Program-made: the position numbers and the translations under genes
Shown: positions 41,300-51,977 of the stretch, piece after piece
How the letters are laid out: the number at the start of each line of letters is the position of its first letter
Numbering within the stretch: position 1 is the first letter of the stretch
The notes under the pieces: model-generated
Databases searched by the model: none
What the model was told of the DNA's origin: nothing
The model's input: the letters and a program-made list of their open reading frames with translations, nothing else
Origin: Camelus ferus
Taxonomy: Eukaryota
NCBI RefSeq assembly: GCF_009834535.1
Contig: NC_045697.1
Span: 33,730,001 to 33,794,000 of the forward strand
Direction of reading: 5' to 3'
DNA length: 64,000 nt

Positions 41300-42875
41300 C
41301 GCTTCTAATTTACTCCATTACCTATTAAAATCTAGTTTTCATGCTCAGGATCCACTAAAATTCCTTTAGTCAATACCATCAGTTTTTCCCTGCCCACAGC
41401 ATTGTTCCCAAAAACTTCAAAAAAAAAATTTCTTTGTCTCATTTTTAAAAAAGCTCTCCTGATGCTACTTCTTATTCCACTTACCAGCCCATTTCTCTGC
41501 TTCCCTGTACAAATGCCCAGAAACTCTTCCCGTTCCCTCTGGAACCCACACAGCCAGACTTTCATCTTCATCACACCACCAAAGCTGCTCTTGTCCAAAA
41601 TCACTGACGATGGAGATATTGCTAAATCTAGTGGTCCATTTTATGTTCTGTTCCTTCTTAATCTGTCAGGAGCATTAGACAGAATTGATCAATCCTGCCT
41701 CCACTCTGAAGTCCTCTTTTTGATTATTTTTCACTTAACATCCAGTATGTACACTCTTTCTGAAGTCTTCCTCCTACCTCAAAGGCTACTCCTTTTCAGT
41801 CTCCCTGGGACAGAGATTCCTCCTCCTTTGTCCCCACCTCTTAACACTGGGGACTTCGAAATGCAGTATTTCTACCTCTTCTCTATCACCCTTAATTCCT
41901 TCGCGATCTCTTTAATCTTATGGCTTTAAATACCATATATATTGACATACCAGGTATCCCTGCATCCCAAGCTTATCTTTACTTTATGTCTAGTAAGCAT
42001 CTCAAATGTAACATATCCACATACAAACTGTTCATCCACACTGCTAAGCTGCTTCTGCCACAGTCTTGGCAGCTCCATTTTTCTAGATGTTTAAGTCAAA
42101 AATGTTGGAGTCAGAACTGACACCTCCCTTTTTCTCACATCCCATATTCTAGCTGCTGCCAGTGCACTAGAACTTTAATATATAACCATTTCTTACAACT
42201 TTACAAACTTCTCTACCACAAGCTTGGTCAAAATGTCCATCATCTCTTGCTTGGTTTCTCGTAAAACATCTTTCTTCGGTGCCCTTGACCCTGACTCACT
42301 GTTCTCAATCTGCAACCAAGGTGAGCCTTTGCAAATTAGCCAGTTCAGGTCTTGCCCCTACTGGAATCCCTCTAATTACTTCTGATATGGCTCAGAGTGA
42401 AAGCAAAGTTCTCATCAGCTTGCGAAGCTTTCCACAACGTCATCCACGTATCACACTGACCCCTTCTTACTCCTCAGCCCTGTTAACTTCACTGCAGTGA
42501 CATTTCCATGCATGTTTACATGTAGAGCTCCTTCTAACTAGAAGATCCCACCCAAATGCATCTTATGCTCTTATCTATTCAGGATCATAGTTCAAATACC
42601 ACTTCATTCAAGTCCCTCCTAACTATTCTAGTTAAAACCGCAACCTCCTCCCCTGCTTTATACTACTGGATAAGAGTTATCAACATCTGACACACTGTGT
42701 ATCTTACTTACTTCTGCTGCTTCTTCTCTGTCTCTTTCAGTAGAGTATCAACTCAGGAGGGCAGGGAACTGCGTCTCTTTTGTTCACCAATATATCCCCA
42801 GTGCCATCCTAGAACAGTGCCTGGCATATATGGTATGATTAATGAATTTTTGATGAAAAGTGAATAAAATGAAAT
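41300..42875 (+). mobile_element. L2 LINE fragment including RT remnant and 3' tail
   Basis: Translation KITDDGDIAKSSGPFYVLFLLNLSGALDRIDQ resembles the L2/CR1 RT motif (LDLSAAFDTVDH); ends in cctagaacagtgcctggcata...tgaa tail. Confidence 0.75.
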
Positions 42876-42959
42876 ATCTCCATGTGACCAGTACTTACTT
42901 AATATCTTAAAAGAACTTGAGAGGTATCTCATCTCTCCTTCCTAAGACATTCCAAACCC

Positions 42960-44162
42960 TTGGCTGCAACCCACACTTTCCTAGTGCCTGCCTTTATCAC
43001 AGTCTACTTTTTCTCATTCTCCTTTGACAATTCTACATTTTCTGCCCTTACTCAATTGTTAATGTTCCTTGAGGCTTGGTTCTGGGCTCTTTTCTCTGCT
43101 TTTTCTAGACTCTTCTCTAGACATGTACTCTCATAGCCTTATATACGGCAAACTCCAGGCGAAACTCTCTCTGATATTCTCAGCCAAGTACAATCACTAG
43201 GATGCCACATATGTGTCCTAAGTTTAATATACCTACACATAATCTCTTGATTTCAACCCCACCTTCTGTACTGTTCCTCTTCCAGTCTTCTCCACTCTAA
43301 ATAACACTATCCTCTGTCCATTTTCTCAAAATAAAGAATCCAGGAGTCATTTTTTATTTCTCTTGTTCCTTTACCACCTATATGGAATCTATCACCAATT
43401 CTTTGTTGAATTATACCTCCAAAATGTATCTGACTTCCATCCGCTTATATTCATCTTTGCCACATCTACCATCTTAATCCAAGCCACCATTAACTTAATG
43501 GAGAGAACCAAGGAACTAAAAGCTTCTTCATTGGTCTTTTTGCTTCCAGTGTTGTTCCACATCCATATCTAGGCCTTTCTTTTCATCGTGCAGCAGCCAG
43601 AGGGATCATGTTATAATGTAAGTCATTCCACGTCATTCCCACCACCTAAAAATCTCCAATGCCATCTAGGTTCACCAAAAGAAAATTCCGCTACAAAAGG
43701 CCTTGCACAATCTGGCTTCTGCTAACAACTCCAAGGTAGTCCCATGAGATTCTTCCTCTTGCGTTCTGGATCTCCGGGTTCACTGGACCCCCTTCATTGT
43801 CTAAATCTCAGCAATTTAGTATCTTAGGATCTTTGCACTTGCTTTTTTTTCTACCTGAGAACAATGTTTGCTTATTCTTTCCATGTCTGTCACCATTAGG
43901 TCTCAGCTTAAAAGACTTCCTCTACCACTGTATCTGAAAAAGATCCCTCACCCAGTTTTAACTCTTTATCTTAGTGTGCTACTGGATTGTTTCACAGCAT
44001 TATCTTTAATTATTTTGTTATTTGTTTCTGTTATTTTTATCTCTCTATACTGTTTTGCTTGTGTCTGATTTAGAAATATATCTTACACCTTAACATTGTT
44101 CTTGGCACACAGCAGTCTCTTACGATCTATACGTTCAACAAATGAATGAACAAAAATGAATG
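42960..44162 (+). mobile_element. Second L2 fragment
   Basis: Pyrimidine-rich L2-like body ending ggcacacagcag...aaatgaatgaa. Confidence 0.65.
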
Positions 44163-47100
44163 TGACAAATCACAAGAGAATGAAGCTTTGACTTTCTGTT
44201 GCCCCGTGGATTTAAAGTGCTTTTTTCACCTAAATATTTTAAAAAAATATATTCTCTGTCAACATACAATTAATAAAGCTCTGCCCATGACATACCAATT
44301 TAATTTTTAGGTTGAGCTATAGGTCATCTGAAAACATTGCAAAGATATTTTCATTTCTATGGGAAAATTATTCCAAATTTACCTAAGTGTATACATTCCC
44401 CCAAGGTTTGCTTTTCCATTTTAAAATGTTATTAAAGCTTTAGAATACAAGTGCTCATTTTACTCCTTTGGGGGAAATGTAGTTTTGCTTATTGTAATGA
44501 CCTACTTAGTAACAAGAAGGTATGTTAATGAAAATTTGACTCTTGGTAAACAGAAGCATGCAAAAACATCTTAGAAGTAGTTGTAGCAATAGACCAACTG
44601 GCTGACTAAGGGGTTGAAAGAGTGAGGTATGAGTTCTGGCCTTGTCAATTAGTAGCTGCAGGGTTCTTGGGTAATTTAAATGCGTTGCAACTTTTCTCAG
44701 CTTCCTCTCCAACAGAGGGATGATGCCCGCCCTGCTTATCTTTTTGGGTTGTTGTGATCATCTTATTAGACACTGTATGTGAAAATGTTTTCAAAACTGT
44801 AGAGGACATTATTAATGTGAAGTCCTACTGTGTTGGCGAACAACCTTGCAAAACTGACCCTAGTGCTCCACTCCCATTTCAGAGAGCTTGTGGAAGACAA
44901 TCTAAGGCAATCATCTAAGTTTGTATTGATCTGGAAGCATTTATTATTCCAGATCATGTGCCTTAAAAGATTAAGATGCACAAAAGGTCGTGTGATCCTT
45001 CAATAAACGGAAGTGGGTAGGGACTGGCTACCTAAACTGTCTCCTGGTGGTCAGTACAACCTTAGCTATGCGTCTTTAAGAAGGTGTGTAACCTAACCGT
45101 GTCAAAAGTGGATACAAGCCCAGGAGACGATTTTCTAGCTCCTCTGTGGAAGGGTACACTTGTGTGCTGCTTCTAAGCAGGTGCAAGCTACTTTCGGATG
45201 ATAGCTGACCGATTTGTCAGAAGCTGAAAGAAGCTACCCCTTCAGATGTCCCAGTCTAGCTTCCCTCACTCTGTCTCCTTCCTTCCCTTCTCACCTTTCC
45301 CTCTTTCCTTCTCCAATGGGAGAATGTGGGAGACAAGGGAGAAGATATCCTGGAGGGATGAAAAGAAAGAACCATTTCAGTTTCTTTTACTTCCTCATTG
45401 CAAGCTGTGCTACTGAGTTAAAAATATGTAATTTCATTTCCAAATCTATTTCAACCCCTGCCTGGCCTACTGAGCAATCACACACCATCCAGTTTCAATT
45501 CCAATCTTTGCTTTTAGCTTTATTTTAAATGGAACACAGCTAAGTTGTATAAACAGATATAAAGTAAACGCTCCACAAAGAGCAGAAGTAGGATTAAAGG
45601 AACCAGGAAGTCAATCTGTTATTTATAGCATACCGGTCAAAATCAGAATTGTTTTCATTTCATTTCTAAAATGCCAAACTTTCCACAAAGTATAAAATGT
45701 CAAAGAAGGGATCAAACTCATGGCGTACAGGAATCTGTGCTCACAATGAGTTTTCTTTTTATTTTCAGTGGTGTTCATTTACACCATCTTGTAAACAGAT
45801 TACACACTTTCCGCAGGTGAGAATGACTATTTCTCTGTCACATTTGGAATACTACATAGTTACAGAGAATGACCCACTTCTAAAAAAATGAATCACATTT
45901 ACCACAAATATTTATGAGCAACAGCCCCAAAATTGTGCTATATAGTAAATTATTAATAGCTAATCCACTGCTAACCCTTGAAGTAATGTGAATTCAACCC
46001 CTTCCCATAAAGTGAGAAAAGCATCTCCATGTGGGTAGTGAAGATCAACTGGCAGAGACAAGGAAGATGACTAATAATGCCCTTGAAACGTTTCAGCAGT
46101 ACCGCAGCCACCCAAAAGCCAGTCATGGCTTATACAGGTTGATTTCATTCACTTTATTGTCTATATACTATCACGGGAGAGGGTAGTTGGTAAAGAGGAT
46201 GTACCTACAATGGACCTCTTCTTCCTTTTGAATTATAACTTGCGTTATAACCAACTGGGCAGATATTATTTTAATTTTCAACATTTAATAATAAAACCAT
46301 ATAGTTTCAATAACTTTCCACTTAAATTTACATTCTGGGACATCCATTCGCTAATGAATATTTAAATTGCGTGTGATTTGATTCTTTTTTTTTTCTTTAC
46401 TTGAAATGTCAAGCTTAAAACCTTTATGGGCAGATAAATCCTCTTTTATTGATATAATATCATCTTAAATGGCATCACATCAACTGAAACCTTCTCCACA
46501 AAATTATTTCTGGTCTAAAGTGATAATTTTCCAGTCACTTAGGAAAGATCATGCATTGACAAGTGATTCACTTCTGTAAGGAAGGCTTTTTTCAGAGTTG
46601 CATGAGGCAGAAGCAGTACTGAGCATCCTACCCCTGGAGAGGCAATGTGAAAAGAATCAGGAGAATCTTTCATCCTTCTCATCTGTCTTTGTCACTGTCA
46701 ACATGCAAAAACTGAATTAATATCCTCAATGGCTCCTCCTAACCTTCTCAAGAAGATCCAGGGGAAAAAAATGGCTCCTGATTCCAGAAGACCTGATTCC
46801 AGCCTATCATTAGTATGATGTTCCCCTGTATATATCACCTTCTCTTCCTAGTCTTTGGTGTTCCCGTTTGTCAAATGAGAAGAACAAGACTAGACAGACT
46901 CCAAAGACTCATCCAGCTCTAACCTATTCAATCTCTTTTATTTCCAACAATTCTTTCTAACCTGGGGCCAGACATCTTCGAAAAAATGTCTAATTCTGTC
47001 CTCTTTCCCTGGAGCATCCTGTTCCCTTTTACATTCTACACTCCTCATTTTCTTAGCTCCTAATCACCCTCAATAAGAAGCTTAAATGCCTCTGTGCTTC

Positions 47101-47169
47101 TAATATTATGATACTCATCACAGAGTATCTGCTATCAGCCCAGCCTTCATGGGTTTGTCTTTTAAATCC

Positions 47170-47375
47170 ACAACCTGACCTGGGTTCACATTCTGCCCAT
47201 GCCACTTAATGTGTGAACTTGGACGGGTTGCTTAACTTCCCAAGCCTCAATTTCCTCATCTGTAAAAGAAGAATAGTCCTAGCCTTCCCTCCAGGTTGCT
47301 GTGAGGATTAAACAGTAATGCCTACAAAATGTCTGTAAGTGAATGTCAGTAAAGAAATACGGTATTAGTTATTAT
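47170..47375 (+). mobile_element. MIR SINE
   Basis: gacctgggttcac...gccactta...aagcctcaatttcctcatctgtaaaa...gttgctgtgaggattaaa. Confidence 0.8.
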
Positions 47376-48196
47376 TACTACTACTTCTAGAATGTAAGCT
47401 CCTTTAAGATGGAGCCTATGTCTTGTTCAACTCATTTCCCAAGAGGAACCTAGCTCAGAGGAGTGGAAAGAACAGGGACTTGGTGAGCAGAAGACACGGG
47501 CCCACACTTTGGGTAAAGACATGGGTTCTCTCTGAATTGGACTGAAAGGGTATTTGAGGTTGAGAAAGATATCTTGAGACTTCTGTGGACTTGGAGACTC
47601 GCACAATGCTTGCCACACAGACTCTCATTACATAAGCAAAGGGACTATGAATATGAAAAAGAGCAACAGTACTGTTAGTGGATGTGCCTTTTAAAGACCC
47701 TTTATAGATATTTACTGAAGGAAGAAATAAAGCTGAAATACCTTGGACTTCAAAGTCTTAGGAGGGAAGTAAATGCCACCTCCCCACATGAAGTAAAATT
47801 TCATCCCACTGTGGAAGAGAATAGGGGAGGACTGAGTTCTCCAGCAGAGCAGGCAGCTTCGTGCCCCAGATTCACGTCCTAGGTAGAACACGGTGGAGGT
47901 TTTGGCAGAGGGACTGACAGCACATGGGAGGACAGGGGACCTCAGATCAGCTGTCTCAAGTGCAACCTGCTCTGAGCCAAGTGGCCAGGTTCCTGGGAAG
48001 TCCATTCTCAGGGCGCAGCTTTGCAGCGGGGCAGCTGAGCCCCGAGTTCCCATTTTTGACTCTACCCCTCCAACCTCCCCCGCCCAGCAGTCAGGTCCCA
48101 GGAGGTAATTAGTGTGGGGGAGAGGCGAAGCTTCTGAGGGGGCAGGGAGATGGGAAAAGACGGGTGGGGGCGGTCTTCTTGTCAGAGGTCTCATCA

Positions 48197-48320
48197 AGAG
48201 AGAAAGAGAGAGGGAGAGGGAGAGAAGGAGAGGAAGAGAGAGGGAGAGAGACAGAGGGAAAGAGATTGAGAAAAGAGTCAGAGGGAGAAGGAAAGGGAGG
48301 GAGAGAGAGAGAGATTGAGA
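48197..48320. repeat. GA-rich polypurine tract at the start of intron 2
   Basis: About 120 bp, almost all purine on the + strand. Confidence 0.9.
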
Positions 48321-48430
48321 GATTTTTCATTTCTGCACGCGAGGCATACCTAATGATATTCCCACAGATAGACAGGCAGATGGAGAGAGAGACAGACAGG
48401 ACACACTTGCGCGTTTGAAATTGTTCATAC

Positions 48431-48549
48431 CCCCAAATCCAGGACGAAGCCTGTTGTCATAACCATCGAGTAAACTGTCCAGGATGCGGGTAAAATTTTC
48501 CGGGCATAATTTCTCCTCCTTTTGGTTCTGTCCTGGGGATTCGTTTAAA
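48431..48549 (-). CDS. GABRA4: Exon 2, [39 protein letters not shown]
   Basis: Acceptor tttgcag|, donor G|GTATGA; 119 nt; YDNRLRPG motif. Confidence 0.98.
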
Positions 48550-48699
48550 CTGCAAACGCACGAAAAAAAGGAGGAGAAGGGGGGCGGAGGGGATTATTTT
48601 AAGGATCGATCAGCAAACAGGTGGAAACAGGTTTATCTTCTAGGAAAAGAGTCTCTTGCCCCAAACTAAAGGAGGCAGGGCTGAGGGATGGGGGAGAGA

Positions 48700-49520
48700 G
48701 AACTGGTCAGAAAAGGCGCACCCCACCCACGCAGACCCCCAACCTCCATACTCTTCTTGGACCCGGCGCCCCTTCTGCTTTCCGCGTCTACGCGGTCAGA
48801 GCAAAGCCGGCTACGGCCCCTGACCTTACAGCGGAGACCGGAGGGTCTGGTTCGCCCTGGGAGGGGCGGGCGGCCGGAGGAGACCCAGTGCTGACCCCTT
48901 CTCCACCTCCCCCGGCCCCCAGCACCCCGGGAACTCACCAAGCCGCCAGGCACAGGAAGTGCAGGAGGGCGAAACTGACCCCGAAGGACGTCGCGATCGC
49001 GGGTACCTTCTTGGCAGAAACCATCTTTGCAACATGCCATACTTCAAGCCTGTTCACGTTTCCAGGCTCTCCAGATGCCCTGAGCAGGGTGCGAGGCGAG
49101 GGCAGAGGCTCTCGGCGGCGTGCGCACACTCGCGCTCACACTCGCCCGCGCTCAGCCAGCCCCAGCCGCGGTGGGCGCGTGTGTGCACGCGGGCCGGGGA
49201 GGCGGAACCTGCCTTTCCGCGCCCCCTCCTTTTCTCGCCGAGCTCTCGACTGTATGGAGAGCTATGTATACCGCTCACACCCTTTCGTGCCTGTACCCCG
49301 AAGCTGCCGGGGTTCACCCTGGGGCGCTGGCACCGAAAGGCTGAGTCAAGTTCTTCCCCACCTTTAACTCTGGGGAGCAGGACCCGGAGCTCCCGCCCCT
49401 CCTCGCGCTCTCGACCCCCCGCCCCAGGTGGGCCCCGGCCCGCAGCAACACTGGGCCTCCACTCCGCCCCCTCCGCCCCCTCCGCCCTCTCCGTCCCGTT
49501 GGGATTTGGATTTAACCCCT
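48700..49520. promoter_or_regulatory. CpG island / GC-box promoter of GABRA4 covering exon 1 and intron 1
   Basis: Dense CpG and high GC against an AT-rich background. GC boxes at about 49390-49399 and 49416-49425, plus tandem (CTCCGCCC)x3 at 49462-49487. TGAGTCA (AP-1 motif) at 49342-49348. No obvious TATA box. Confidence 0.9.
48939..49024 (-). CDS. GABRA4: Exon 1 coding part, signal peptide [28 protein letters not shown](C)
   Basis: ATG in AAGATGG context; donor TG|GTGAGT; 86 nt. Confidence 0.97.
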
Positions 49521-50017
49521 GAAGTTCCTCTCTCTTTGAGTTGTTCCAGGACCTCTTTGTATCCATTTTCAAGGCTGGAGGTGGAGAAAGGGCGAGAAGG
49601 CAGGGCTTGCAGGGGGTGGGAGTGATGGGGAGAGGGGACCAAGTCTGGACGGAAACAACCTCTGGGACTCTCCTCTTCGGATATTGGGGTACAGCGAAGG
49701 AAAGAAGATTCCTCCTGGTAAAAGGTGTTGCAACTCACTGGGCGGACTCTCTCCAAACTGTTAGGAAGTGAACTTGAGCCTAAAGATACCAAATTCCTTT
49801 ACTATACCCGCCGCCGCCTGGCACCCACTTGCCCTCTGTTTTGCTGCTCCATCCCTTTCCTGGAGGGGAGAGAAGAGGTGGAGACAGGGGACATCTGCTC
49901 AAACTCACTTTCACTTCTTGCGACTTTTGATGTTCCCTCATTTCATAATAGAGGTGACTGACTTCCAGAACGCTTCAGGGAGGGGAGAAAGGAGAGGAGA
50001 GAGCAGGGAAGAGAAAG

Positions 50018-50020
<3 letters not shown>

Positions 50021-50074
<54 letters not shown>
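50021..50074. repeat. (TG)22(AG)5 compound microsatellite
   Basis: Read directly. Confidence 0.95.
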
Positions 50075-50075
<1 letters not shown>

Positions 50076-51596
50076 AATAAAAATGGAAGGGAACGCCTCT
50101 TAGTTCACTGAAGACTTGAAAGGGAACACCAGGCACTATAACTTTAGTGTTTTATTGAAAGAGATAAACGTTTCCAATAGAAATTTTTCAAACGTTAATT
50201 ATTGGTTCCAAGGGGGAAAGGTGCCTTTCACATTAACAGTGATGCATACGGGAATTGTTTATATGATGGATCAATGATCTAAGTAATTTATGTAAAGTTA
50301 GGTCCTTGGAACAAGTCACCACCAATAATTATATTCTGTTTAGAACTTTGATAGTTTGTTCAAAGTTTGATGACTGGTAGATTGATTTGCTATGGAAACA
50401 ATCAAACCAAGGGCGATTTTCTTTGTTTCAATCTCCTGGCTAAAATTTTCCTTGCCAAGGGGAAGCCTTTTCAGGTTGCCAAAACTGCATAATAGCCAAA
50501 GGTATGTACTCTCAGGACATTCTCTATTGCCTCCTTCATGTCATTTACTGTGTTTCATCCTATTTCCATCTGTATTATTATTCTCTTAAGGACTGTAATC
50601 TCCTTGAGGGCCTGGGCTGGGTAACTTTTGTTTATCTGAGTTTACTTTTTCTCTTATTACTGTGTAAGACACCAAGTACAAGGGCAAGAAATATTTATTG
50701 AATATCTATTGAATGAACAAGAAATATTTATTAATGAATCGCTTGTTTCCAGATCCATCTTAATCAATTTGGATTAAATTCCAGCTTACTCTCTTGGAAA
50801 AAATATGCTCCCCAAATACACTGTTAAAGCATTTGCTCTCCTCAGATAATCCACATAAAACCTGCTAATACATTATATTATTATTATATCATAATAATAT
50901 AGTAATATATTAAATAATATAGTAATATTATTTCTCCAATCTTAATGCTTTCCTACACTTTCTAAGACCTAATTCAGTATTCTCTACCTTTCCTTGTAAT
51001 TTCCATTTAAAAATATATGTCAGAAAATTAAGAATAGAAAGCAATGGTCTTAGGAAAAAGAAGTTCCATATTGTTAATGACAAATTATCTTTAAAATTCC
51101 AATTTTAAGTATGTGAAACTGGTACCTTCAAAGGGACAAAAAAAAAAGTTCCTCCCTTCATACAGCTGCTTCCAATTATATTTTTGTTAACTGGTATATA
51201 GTACTTAAGATCATCTGAAGACAATAGCAGAGACATTTGTATCTCGTTTTATTTTATATCACAGTGTTTTATTTATTCTACCTTTCTATTACTTGAAGAA
51301 GTTGTATGTTAGGTTTTACTGTCTAAAATCTTTAAAATGTGTATCTATATATATCTTATGTATGTATATATATATATATCTTGTCACTATGAGTTTTAAA
51401 ACAAATCCAATGTTCAAAAAAATTGCAATTACTTTAAGCTACAAATATAATTAAATATGCTGTCATTTTCAACATAAACTCGTATCCATTATGGCCCAGA
51501 TTGTGAGTGAATTTTTCCTGTTTATAGCTGTGTAGAAAGTGAAGGTGTTAAAATTATACCTACAACTTCCTTCTTCACAGTTAACGTAAGTCTTTA

Positions 51597-51703
51597 TTTG
51601 TTTATTGTTTTGTTTTGCTTTTAATGGAGGTACTGGAGATTGAACCCAGGACCTCAAGCATGCTAAGCCCACACTCTACCACTGAGCTATACCCTCCCCT
51701 GAA
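51597..51703 (-). mobile_element. tRNA-derived SINE (resembles camelid Vic-1)
   Basis: Minus strand reads GGGGAGGGTATAGCTCAGTGGTAGAG...GGGTTCAATCTCCAGTACCTCCA plus an A-rich tail; A and B boxes present. 18-bp TSD agttaac(g/t)taagtcttta at 51579-51596 and 51704-51721. Confidence 0.88.
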
Positions 51704-51848
51704 AGTTAACTTAAGTCTTTAATTGCTATATTCAAATGCACTACCCTCAAATATCATTATGTTAAGCCAGCAATATATTATCAATGTATCATAAGGTATA
51801 CATTTGATACAAATGATACAGATCACCCTACTGCTAAAGTCTTAGGAT

Positions 51849-51977
51849 GGGGGGGCTATAGCTAAGTGGTAAAGCACACATTTAGCGTGCACAAGGTCCT
51901 AGGTTCACTCCCCTGTACTTCCATTTAAATAAATAAAACTAATTTCCTCCCCCTCCAAAATTTTTTTTTTAAAGTAG
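51849..51977 (+). mobile_element. tRNA-derived SINE (resembles camelid Vic-1), second copy
   Basis: GGGGGGCTATAGCTAAGTGGTAAAGC...AGGTTCACTCCCCTGTACTTCCA plus tail. TSD taaagtcttaggat(gg) at 51835 and 51978. Confidence 0.88.

Noticed and set aside
41402..41929. 175-aa ORF
   Set aside because: Decayed L2 sequence with only a short RT-like stretch; not a gene
48918..48940. REST/RE1 site (CAGCACC half)
   Set aside because: The GGACAG half is absent
48621..49792. Long ORFs (248, 187, 172 and 142 aa) over the promoter
   Set aside because: Expected in stop-poor CpG-island DNA; low-complexity Pro/Arg/Gly products; several have non-ATG starts; no recognisable domain
51625..51925. Two tRNA-Ala-like genes
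   Set aside because: A-rich tails, target-site duplications and degenerate stems mark them as SINEs
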